Assembly: GCA_001771185.1 (NCBI GenBank)
Contig: METB01000001.1
Span: 631,200 to 695,199, forward strand
DNA length: 64,000 bases
DNA from: a candidate division Kazan bacterium RIFCSPHIGHO2_01_FULL_44_14
GTDB taxonomy: Bacteria; Patescibacteriota; Kazan-3B-28
Reading direction: 5' to 3'
Below the pieces are notes generated by a model. That model saw only the letters and a program-made list of their open reading frames with translations. It was not told the DNA's origin and made no database searches. The stretch's first letter is position 1; each line of letters opens with the position of its first letter. A program made the position numbers and the translations under genes. Below are positions 50,921 to 59,148 of the stretch, in pieces.

Positions 50921-51045
50921 AACGACTGGACTCGTCCGGGCACTCGCTGAATAGCGGGGACTCCGACAACGGTGGTCTGGCGAACGTCAATTACAACAAT
51001 TCCGACAACCGCTGGAACAACGAATCTGCTTCGCTCGTGGAAGTT
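50921..51045 (+). ncRNA. DGR template repeat (TR)
   Basis: Intergenic; nine AAY codons in the target frame. Confidence 0.94.
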
Positions 51046-51076
51046 TCTCGCATTAGGTAGGTAAAGGGGGCGGGGG

Positions 51077-51382
51077 TCACCTCGCCCCCTTAGTCGTAGT
51101 TTTAATCCAACCTCCCAGCATTTTTCCTATTTCTTGTAGCTTAGTTTGGAGGGTTAGATAATACTTTTCGTTAAGTGCCTGCACCTCATAACCCAAGCGG
51201 ATTTGTAGCTTCACTAAATCCAGCAAGGCACTCGCTCTAAATAGTATCTCCACCCTGGAGCGTTCAGGAGTGGAGGAGGCCGTCAGGACACATTCCACTA
51301 ACTCCAATATCTTCGCTTGGGTCATCTGGCCCAGACTGTATCGCTCAATTTTGGGATATTTCAAAAGATGTCCATGAAACAA
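51077..51382 (-). CDS. avd: Avd-like accessory four-helix-bundle protein; probable true start ATG 51467 is out of frame at the G9 tract
   Basis: (EIPIVYQLFEFYK)LF..YPKIERYSLG..IRLGYE..EIGKMLGGW. Confidence 0.85.
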   Translation of the reverse strand: MFHGHLLKYPKIERYSLGQMTQAKILELVECVLTASSTPERSRVEILFRASALLDLVKLQIRLGYEVQALNEKYYLTLQTKLQEIGKMLGGWIKTTTKGAR

Positions 51383-51503
51383 TTTGTAAAACTCGAAGAG
51401 CTGATAAACGATTGGGATTTCACCAAATCCGTCCGGGGGGGGGCTTAATAGGAAGGTTATTTTCCATACTGGTGTTTTTGAAGAAATTATTTCGTTAGAG
51501 AAT

Positions 51504-52616
51504 TTGTTTTTGGCTTGGAGGGAGTTTCGGAAAGGTAAACGAGGTAAGTTAGATGTCCAAGCGTTCGAGCTTCATCTTGAAGATAACATATTTGCTCTTT
51601 ACGAGGAGTTAGCGGGTGGAGATTATTGCCACGGTGGCTATCATCAGTTTCGCATCTCCGACCCGAAATCTCGCTTGATTAGTAAGGCGTTGGTTCGGGA
51701 TAGGTTGCTCCACCACGCTATCTGCCGAATCTTGTATCCGGTTTTTGATCGAACCTTTATCTTTGATAGCTACTCTTGTCGAAAGAATAAAGGGACGCAT
51801 AAAGGATTCTTTCGGTTAGCCGAGATGGCTCGAAAAGTCAGTAGAAACTATACTGGTCCGTGCTGGGCGTTGAAGTTGGATATTCGGAAGTTTTTCGACA
51901 GTGTCGATCATAGTGTGTTGATGGGGCTGTTAAGAGGGCGCATTGCCGACGAGCGACTGCTGGGGTTATTGGGGAATATTATTGGTAGCTTCCCTATGCG
52001 TCATTCTGAACGCAGTGAAGAATCTAGCGGTAGCGTTCTGCTGTACAGCAGAACTAGATCCTTCGCTAACGCTCAGGATGACAGGAGGAGAGTTCAGGAT
52101 GACGAGAGGAGAGTTAAGGATGACAAAGGAGCGGGCGGGGATGACGAAGGTGGCAAGGGGATGCCATTGGGGAATCTGACCTCACAATTATTTGCCAATA
52201 TCTATCTGGATCCATTAGATAAGTTTGCGAAACATCACTTAAGAGCTAAATATTATCTTCGCTATGCCGATGACTTTATTTTCTTGGCCGATAACCCAGA
52301 CGAACTAATGGGCTATTTTGTGGAGGTAAATCAGTTTTTGAAAATCAAGCTAAAGCTTAATCTTCATCCAAATAAAATCTCTCTCCGAAAATTGGACTGG
52401 GGAATTGACTATGTTGGGTATGTGGCATTGCCACATTACGCTGTTCCCAGAAGCAAAACGGTTACCCGGATTGTTAAAAAGATTCGTCGACTTGTAGTGA
52501 TAGGTGACGAAGCAACTTTGACTAAAGCAATGCCGTCATATTTAGGGTATCTTGAGCATACTAGTAGCTACCGAGTGAGGCGACGGTTAGAGGGAGTAGT
52601 CGAGAGGATACCATAA
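51504..52616 (+). CDS. DGR reverse transcriptase; probable true start ATG 51374 or 51368 is out of frame at the G9 tract; carries an in-frame palindromic insertion
   Basis: RDRLLHHA, SYSCRKNKGTH, KLDIRKFFDSVDH, GMPLGNLTSQLFANIYL, RYADDF, DYVGY. Confidence 0.95.
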   Translation: MFLAWREFRKGKRGKLDVQAFELHLEDNIFALYEELAGGDYCHGGYHQFRISDPKSRLISKALVRDRLLHHAICRILYPVFDRTFIFDSYSCRKNKGTHKGFFRLAEMARKVSRNYTGPCWALKLDIRKFFDSVDHSVLMGLLRGRIADERLLGLLGNIIGSFPMRHSERSEESSGSVLLYSRTRSFANAQDDRRRVQDDERRVKDDKGAGGDDEGGKGMPLGNLTSQLFANIYLDPLDKFAKHHLRAKYYLRYADDFIFLADNPDELMGYFVEVNQFLKIKLKLNLHPNKISLRKLDWGIDYVGYVALPHYAVPRSKTVTRIVKKIRRLVVIGDEATLTKAMPSYLGYLEHTSSYRVRRRLEGVVERIP

Positions 52617-52620
52617 TACC

Positions 52621-52723
52621 AAATTTCTAATTTCGAATTTCTAATCAAATCTAAATGACTGAATGTCTCAAAATTAAGATATTAGGTCATTCATTTAAAA
52701 TTCAAAATTTGTCATTCAAAATT
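52621..52723. mobile_element. Family-B ~100-bp element
   Basis: Matches 22359-22461 and 49251-49340. Confidence 0.75.
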
Positions 52724-52848
52724 ACTTGCCAGGATACCATCACTTTTAACTTTTAACTGACTCCACGATTTCCCTTGCCTGGGAGCGGGTTTTATGGTAT
52801 GACAGGGGTATCTTGCAGTATGTTCTTTAACAGGGAGGTTTTAAAACG

Positions 52849-53037
52849 ATGGACAAGCAATGCATTGCTACTGGGTGTCAAAATCCGGCTAACAACCGGT
52901 GTATCGTCTGTTGTCAGCCGATATGCGACAGTCACATTGTTTTGATTGATGATATTCCGGTTTGTGGGAAGTGTCGTGCCGATCTTTCTGCACCGAGACC
53001 GGCAAGACCAGTGCAAACAGAAACGGCGGCCGTTTAG
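52849..53037 (+). CDS. Small Cys-rich zinc-finger-like protein
   Basis: SD GGAGG; C..C, CxxC, CxxH, CxxC spacing. Confidence 0.55.
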   Translation: MDKQCIATGCQNPANNRCIVCCQPICDSHIVLIDDIPVCGKCRADLSAPRPARPVQTETAAV

Positions 53038-53080
53038 TCGTCATTGTAAATATTTCAGGCCACATTGGGAGGTGGTGGAG

Positions 53081-53671
53081 ATGAAGCGGGTTGGGTTTGT
53101 AATAGTAGTGGGGCTGGTCCTGCTGCTAGGGCTATCTTTGCGGAGCGAGACCGAAACGGGTAGTAAAGACCTTGAGGGGATTTTCCGATATCGCTTCGGG
53201 ATGTCAGTTTCGGAATGTCAATTGATTGCCAAAGGAGCGCTGGAGCGTCAGGATAATTCGGATATTCCCGGATTGGTGGAGTATTCGACTGACCATGGGC
53301 TCTTGAGCAATCGAGACGGCAGTATTAGTAATCTGCCAGCCGGATTATGCCTTTCATTTTACAACGGCAGATTAGCAGGAATCATCGTCGAGTTGCCGCA
53401 ACAGGAAGATGCCCAGGTTGCGACAATGCTAGTAACCGCGCTTCGGGACGATGTGCTAAAATATTACGACAAATTAATCGTGATGCGAAACAAGTTCCGT
53501 CCTGATGAAAGTTTATTAGTGCTCACTCTCAAAGATGCAGAAGGTGATGGTCTGCTTCTGATGTGGGACGGAATGGACATTCTGCTCTGTTTAATGACGG
53601 GTGAGTTATTGCAACTTAATCCCGAGTGGACTAGGACCTTTTTGACTGAAAATGATTGCCCTGCTTTTTAG
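53081..53671 (+). CDS. Hypothetical secreted or membrane-anchored protein
   Basis: SD GGAGG, ATG 53081, signal-like N-terminus. Confidence 0.6.
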   Translation: MKRVGFVIVVGLVLLLGLSLRSETETGSKDLEGIFRYRFGMSVSECQLIAKGALERQDNSDIPGLVEYSTDHGLLSNRDGSISNLPAGLCLSFYNGRLAGIIVELPQQEDAQVATMLVTALRDDVLKYYDKLIVMRNKFRPDESLLVLTLKDAEGDGLLLMWDGMDILLCLMTGELLQLNPEWTRTFLTENDCPAF

Positions 53672-53683
53672 CGGGGCAATTTT

Positions 53684-55036
53684 TTAATTTAGTTTAACTA
53701 TCTGACCAGCTTTCGGAACGATGACTTGGCGTTTTAATTGACGGGTAACTTTGCCTTGTAGGGTTTGTCTGGCCAAGTCCTCACCATGGGTCAAAATCAC
53801 AGTCGGATTGGTGTTAAAACCAGACAACCAAGCCAGCAGTCCTTTTTGATCAGCGTGAGCGGAAAAGGCATTCAGCGAGCTGATTTTGGCTCGAACCGAA
53901 ACGCTTTTATCTCGAATTCGAACTCGGGTGGCACCGCTGATCAATTTTCGGCCCAATGTTCCAGGAGTACAGAAACCAACGAATAGGACTTGATTTTCCG
54001 GTCGGCCCAATTGATGAAGCAGATGATGTTGGACTCGGCCACCATCAGCCATGCCGGAACCGGCGATAATTACGGCTTCGCCTGACAAGTCATTAATGGT
54101 TTTTGATTCTTCGACGGTGTTGGTTTGGCTAAAACCGGGAAAATCAAATAAATCCTGGTCGGTCTTTAAATACTGCTGAAAGGTTTCGTCAAATAATTTA
54201 GTGTATTTTTTGTAAATCTTTGTGACTTTAATTGCCAAAGGGCTGTCTAAAATAATTGGAATTTTAGGAATTTGATTGGTATTGCGGAATAAATTGAGTG
54301 TGTAAAGCAAATCCTGACTTCGCTCTAGGGCAAAGGCCGGAATGATTAATTTGGCATGGTGCTGTTTGGCATAACGAATCGCAGCCAGAAGTTTTTTTTC
54401 ACGGTTGGTTGGCGGTTCATGCAAGCGGTCGCCGTAAGTCGATTCACAGATGACATAGTCGGCTTCGGCAATAGGCGTTGGATCTCTCATAATTGGAACT
54501 GGACTGTTGCCTAGATCGCCCGAAAAAACCAATTTTTTGTCTTCTACCCAAATTTCAGTAATCGCCGAACCCAAAATATGCCCAGCATCTTGAAAGCAGA
54601 TTTTGATATTGCCAGAGATGAAGGTTTGGTTATAAGCGTGGGTCTCGAATTGGGATAAGGCCTGATCAACATCAGCTTTGATGAACAGGGTCTCGATTTG
54701 TTTTTCGGTAGCGCCGTGTTCTTGAATATGAGCGGCATCGGTCAGCAGGGCCTCGGCCAATTCGCGAGTGGAGGGAGTGGAATAAATTTTTCCTCGAAAA
54801 CCATTCCGAACCAATTTGGGAATTAGTCCGCAATGGTCGAGATGTGAGTGAGTGGAAATGACAAAATCCAATTCTTTGGGATGGTAGGGAAACGGCTGAT
54901 AATTTTTGCGGTCAGCCGCATCGCCTCCTTGGTATAGTCCGCAATCAACTAAGAATTTTGATTGAGCGGTAGTGACCAAATAACTTGAACCAGTCACCAT
55001 CCCAGTTGCTCCGATAAATTTGATTGAGAGAGCCAT
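53684..55036 (-). CDS. MBL-fold beta-CASP ribonuclease
   Basis: HSHLDHCG, AGHILGS, ESTYG, FSAHAD. Confidence 0.93.
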   Translation of the reverse strand: MALSIKFIGATGMVTGSSYLVTTAQSKFLVDCGLYQGGDAADRKNYQPFPYHPKELDFVISTHSHLDHCGLIPKLVRNGFRGKIYSTPSTRELAEALLTDAAHIQEHGATEKQIETLFIKADVDQALSQFETHAYNQTFISGNIKICFQDAGHILGSAITEIWVEDKKLVFSGDLGNSPVPIMRDPTPIAEADYVICESTYGDRLHEPPTNREKKLLAAIRYAKQHHAKLIIPAFALERSQDLLYTLNLFRNTNQIPKIPIILDSPLAIKVTKIYKKYTKLFDETFQQYLKTDQDLFDFPGFSQTNTVEESKTINDLSGEAVIIAGSGMADGGRVQHHLLHQLGRPENQVLFVGFCTPGTLGRKLISGATRVRIRDKSVSVRAKISSLNAFSAHADQKGLLAWLSGFNTNPTVILTHGEDLARQTLQGKVTRQLKRQVIVPKAGQIVKLN

Positions 55037-55146
55037 AAGTCCAGTATAGCGAAGTTAGGGCAATATTTTCACGGGAAACTCCGAACTCCGTCTAATCAGA
55101 GGTGAGTGTTAGAATGTAAGGTAGATATTAAATAAGGACAAACATT

Positions 55147-55635
55147 ATGAAATATGTTTATGGCATTCTGGGGGTGGCGATTTTAGTGTTAGCGGCGAAT
55201 TGGGCGTATCAGTTCGCTCCTAAACCGGTGGAGGAGCCAATGACCCAGACAGTGTTTGTGTATTACACTATCCCGACTGAGACCGATATGGATTTTGTGG
55301 CAGTCGAGCGCGAGGTGCTGGTTAGCGACGATAGAGATGTTTTGGCGCTGGCGACCCTGCAGGAGTTGGTAAAAGGACCGACTGACTCGGAAAAGGCCCA
55401 GGGCATTGCTTCATCTTTCAATGACGAGACGGTTGTGAACAGCGTAAAATTTGAGGACGGCGTAGTCACGATTGATTTCAACGAAACCTTTGATATGCAG
55501 ATGGGTGGTTCAATGCGGGTGAGGGCGATTTCTCAATCAATCCGTAAAACCGTTCAACAGTTTGATCAAACTACGGAATATACCTTTAAACTGACCGTGA
55601 ATAACGGTGCACGGGAAGCGGTGTTGGAACCCTAG
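55147..55635 (+). CDS. GerMN domain protein
   Basis: LQELVKGPT..E, GGS, TVQQF. Confidence 0.8.
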   Translation: MKYVYGILGVAILVLAANWAYQFAPKPVEEPMTQTVFVYYTIPTETDMDFVAVEREVLVSDDRDVLALATLQELVKGPTDSEKAQGIASSFNDETVVNSVKFEDGVVTIDFNETFDMQMGGSMRVRAISQSIRKTVQQFDQTTEYTFKLTVNNGAREAVLEP

Positions 55636-55749
55636 GATAGTTAAAAGTGGTGACAGATAGCTCTTTGTCGTCATTCTGGCGTCACCCCGGCCAGCCGGGA
55701 TTCCCCAGCATGACAGAAATAAAAAACGTTCTCCAGAATGACGAATCAT

Positions 55750-56328
55750 TTAAGTCGTCAATAGCGGCAAACGCGAAGCAACTATCGGCCAATCAACAGC
55801 AGCCATAAATGCGGTGATGTAGTCGGCACGATTGGTGTTGTAGTCGAGCATGAAGGCGTGCTCGAAAATATCGAGATTGAGCAAGACCACACAACCGGCT
55901 AGATGTCCTAAGTCATGTTCATTGACGAAAACATTAAATAACCGTTTGGCGATTGGGTCATAATACGAAGTTGCCCAGCCAATACCGCGCATTGCTGCGG
56001 TGACTTTAAAATCGGTTTCCCAATTTTCATACAAACCAAAGTCCTCGACGATTTTTTGATACAAGGGCGAACTGGTGTCTAGCGGACTAAAAGATTTAGT
56101 CATAGCGCCAAAATAATATTCGTGCAAGCGCATGCCATTAAATTCCCAGCCGAATCGACGCTTGAGTTCGCCATATTCTGGTGTGTCCTTAGGTAGGCCG
56201 GACAATTTCCCCATCAGTTTGTTCGTGTTCGCAACATAGCCCTGATACAACTTGAAGTGAGTATTCAGAGCGTTATCGGAAAATCCCGATAGTCCCAGAA
56301 GATGCGAAAAATCTTTTGCTTCGTACAT
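55750..56328 (-). CDS. Fe/Mn superoxide dismutase family protein (ChrC-like)
   Basis: THFKLYQGYV, LHEYYF, DIFEHAF. Confidence 0.9.
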   Translation of the reverse strand: MYEAKDFSHLLGLSGFSDNALNTHFKLYQGYVANTNKLMGKLSGLPKDTPEYGELKRRFGWEFNGMRLHEYYFGAMTKSFSPLDTSSPLYQKIVEDFGLYENWETDFKVTAAMRGIGWATSYYDPIAKRLFNVFVNEHDLGHLAGCVVLLNLDIFEHAFMLDYNTNRADYITAFMAAVDWPIVASRLPLLTT

Positions 56329-56400
56329 ATTGATATTCTTATGTTAGTTATTTCATTTTACAAGAGATGGGCTAGTCGTTAAAGGCAGTATAATGAGATT

Positions 56401-57825
56401 ATGGTCAAAAATCGGTTAACCGGCAAACGAGTGGCGGTGATTGGTCTGGGACGCGAGGGGATTGAACTGGTGCGGTTCTTGTATAAACAAGGGGCTCTAA
56501 TTACGGTCTTGGATTGGTCATCGGCTGGTAAATTGGGAGCGCAGTATCGAGAGGCGAAGGCCTTGGGAGCGGAATTTAGATTGGGCAAAAAATATCTGGT
56601 CGGGCTAAACGATTTTGAGATAGTGTTTCGGAGTCCAGGTGTAGCGTTGCAAATCCCGGAAATTAAACGGGCGATTAGAGCCGGAGTGGAAATTTCTAGC
56701 ACAATTAAGTTGTTCCTTGAATTGTCGCCAGCCAAAACGATTGGGGTGACCGGGACTAAGGGCAAGTCAACCACGGCCAGTTTGATTTATCATTTGTTGA
56801 AGGGTGGCCCCTTCCCTCGGCAAACTCGGGACCCTGCTCATCCTCGGAATAGCAAGAAAAAATCGAAAGTGTTTTTGGCGGGTAATATTGGCCATTCGCC
56901 AATTCCATTGCTTAGTAAACTTAAATCGAGCGATACAGTAGTACTGGAACTATCGAGTTTTCAATTAGAGGACTTAACCAAGGGTCCTGATATTGCCGTG
57001 TTGTTAAATGTGGTGCCAGAACACTTGGATCGGCACAAAACCCTGGCTAAATATTTGGCCGCCAAACAGAACCTTTATCTTCATCAAGGTAAACAGGATT
57101 GGTTGGTTACTAGTCGGGATTTCTTGCCGACTCGAGAAGCAATTAAGCAGACACGAGGGAAGGTATTGCCAATCTCGACTCGCCAGATTCTGCGGAAGGG
57201 AGTTTATATCAGTAAAGGTGAACTGGTTTATCGACACTGGCGAACGGGTCGAAGGCAGAATATTTCATCAGTTGCCGATTTGAAATTGGTTGGCAGTCAC
57301 AATTTGCAAAATATCCTGCCAGCCGTCGCTGTGGCACTGATTCTTAATGTTCCGATTTCGACTATCGTAAAAAAACTGCGGAGTTTTAAGCCGTTGAAGC
57401 ATCGGATTGAATTGGTGCGTCAAATTGGCGGGACATTATATATAAATGATTCGTTAGGGACTACGCCAGAAGCGGCCACAGCAGCGATTGGAGCATTTTT
57501 GGAAATGTCCAAGGCCTTGATTATTGGCGGAGTATACAAAGGCGGTAATTTGATCGGTCTGGCTAGGGCGATAGCCACTGGGAATGTCCGAGAGGTAATT
57601 TTGATTGGAAGTTCCGCTAAAAAAATTCAGACCGTATTAAAACAATATGCTCCCAAGGTACTGGTAACATTGGCCAAAACTTTACCGCAGGCAGTGCGTC
57701 AGGGAAGGATAGCGGTGCGGGGTCGGGGAGCGGTGATGTTAACACCGGCTTGCGCCAGTTTTGATATGTTTAAGGATGCTTACGATCGGGGCGAACAATT
57801 CAGGAAAATAGTGAATGCACTCTAG
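56401..57825 (+). CDS. murD: UDP-MurNAc-L-Ala--D-Glu ligase with an in-frame insertion
   Basis: GTKGKSTT, GNIG, ELSSFQL, HLDRH, PACASFD. Confidence 0.96.
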   Translation: MVKNRLTGKRVAVIGLGREGIELVRFLYKQGALITVLDWSSAGKLGAQYREAKALGAEFRLGKKYLVGLNDFEIVFRSPGVALQIPEIKRAIRAGVEISSTIKLFLELSPAKTIGVTGTKGKSTTASLIYHLLKGGPFPRQTRDPAHPRNSKKKSKVFLAGNIGHSPIPLLSKLKSSDTVVLELSSFQLEDLTKGPDIAVLLNVVPEHLDRHKTLAKYLAAKQNLYLHQGKQDWLVTSRDFLPTREAIKQTRGKVLPISTRQILRKGVYISKGELVYRHWRTGRRQNISSVADLKLVGSHNLQNILPAVAVALILNVPISTIVKKLRSFKPLKHRIELVRQIGGTLYINDSLGTTPEAATAAIGAFLEMSKALIIGGVYKGGNLIGLARAIATGNVREVILIGSSAKKIQTVLKQYAPKVLVTLAKTLPQAVRQGRIAVRGRGAVMLTPACASFDMFKDAYDRGEQFRKIVNAL

Positions 57826-57827
57826 TG

Positions 57828-57958
57828 CAAAATAACAAATAACAAATAACAAATAACAAACAAGCACCAAATAACAATAATAAAAACAAAAAAGGTTTGA
57901 AACATTGGGATTTGGGATTTGTTTGAAATTTGGAGATTGTAATTTGGGATTTAATTTT
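57828..57958. repeat. AT-rich heptamer inverted-arm element
   Basis: (AAATAAC)n left arm and (GGGATTT)n-like right arm. Confidence 0.7.
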
Positions 57959-57960
57959 TT

Positions 57961-59148
57961 ATGAGGCCTTATCACCGACAAGATTATTATTTAGCAGTTA
58001 CCACTTTTGTATTGGTGATATTTGGTTTGATTATGGTGGCTTCGGCTTCGGTGGTGGAATCGTATACGGCGACCGGCTCTAATAATTATTATTTTCTGCG
58101 CCAGGCCGGGTTTGCGGGAGTGGGACTAATTTTGTGGTGGTTTTTACAAAAGTTGGATTATCGGTTTTGGAAACGCTGGGCGGGAACACTGTTAATTATC
58201 GCTGGGGTTTTGTTGGTATTAGTGTTAATTCCAGGCGTTGGAGTTGAGGCCGGTGGAGCCAGGCGGTGGATTGGATTTGGTAATTTTACTTTACAGGCCA
58301 GTGAGTTTGCCAAATTTGCTCTAATCGTTTATTTGGCATATTGGTTTGAGCGGAAAGGGCGGGAAATTACGGATTTATATAAAACCTTTCTACCGTTCGT
58401 GGGGCTACTATTGGCAATGTTTTTCTTGGTGATTCAAGAACCTGATTTGGGCACGGCTTTGGTGATGGCTGCGATTGCTGGGACGATGTATTTAGTCGCC
58501 GGAGCAAGTTGGGGTCAAGTTGGCACTTTGTTGGGGGGTGGTGTGGTGGCAGTACTGCTTCTGATTAAAGTAGCACCTTATCGGTTACGGCGGTTGCTGA
58601 CTTTCTTGAATCCGGGGGCCGATCCGCTGGGGGCGGGATATCACATCAACCAAGCTCTGCTGGCAATCGGCTCGGGCGGTATTTTCGGGCTGGGGTATGG
58701 TCATAGTCGGCAAAAGTACAATTTTTTGCCGGAACCGTCATCTGACTCAATTTTTGCTATCATAGGAGAGGAGTTGGGTCTGATTGGGGCAGTGTTTCTG
58801 GTGATTATCCCTTTTGCAATCATCGTTTGGCGGGGTCTATTGGTGGCTCGGAAAGCCCCTGATATGTTCGGTCGGATGATGGCGTTGGGACTAACTTGCT
58901 GGATTGGATATCAGGCAGTAATTAATATCGGGGCAATCGTTGGGTTGTTTCCGCTCACGGGAGTGCCGTTGCCGTTCATTAGCTTGGGAGGCAGTTCGTT
59001 GGTAGTAATGCTGGCAGCTTCGGGAGTATTACTTAATATTTCTAAGCAGACAGTAAAAAGCAGTGAAGATGAAAATCCTTTTAGTTGGTGGTGGAACTGG
59101 TGGGCACGTTATGCCAACTCTAGCGGTCGCCGCGCAGTTAAAAGATAA
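57961..59148 (+). CDS. ftsW: Peptidoglycan polymerase FtsW
   Basis: GARRW, QASEFAK, PDLG, GVPLPFISLGGSS. Confidence 0.95.
   Translation: MRPYHRQDYYLAVTTFVLVIFGLIMVASASVVESYTATGSNNYYFLRQAGFAGVGLILWWFLQKLDYRFWKRWAGTLLIIAGVLLVLVLIPGVGVEAGGARRWIGFGNFTLQASEFAKFALIVYLAYWFERKGREITDLYKTFLPFVGLLLAMFFLVIQEPDLGTALVMAAIAGTMYLVAGASWGQVGTLLGGGVVAVLLLIKVAPYRLRRLLTFLNPGADPLGAGYHINQALLAIGSGGIFGLGYGHSRQKYNFLPEPSSDSIFAIIGEELGLIGAVFLVIIPFAIIVWRGLLVARKAPDMFGRMMALGLTCWIGYQAVINIGAIVGLFPLTGVPLPFISLGGSSLVVMLAASGVLLNISKQTVKSSEDENPFSWWWNWWARYANSSGRRAVKR

Larger units (their letters stand above)
49439..52616. mobile_element. Diversity-generating retroelement: target/VR, TR, antisense avd, RT
   Basis: Adenine-specific VR/TR mismatches, an Avd-like gene and a DGR-type RT. 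Confidence 0.95.

Noticed and set aside
51504-52616. Group II intron or retron interpretation of the RT
   Set aside because: No maturase/endonuclease extension or intron domain V is visible, and the adenine-specific TR/VR pair plus Avd identify a DGR.
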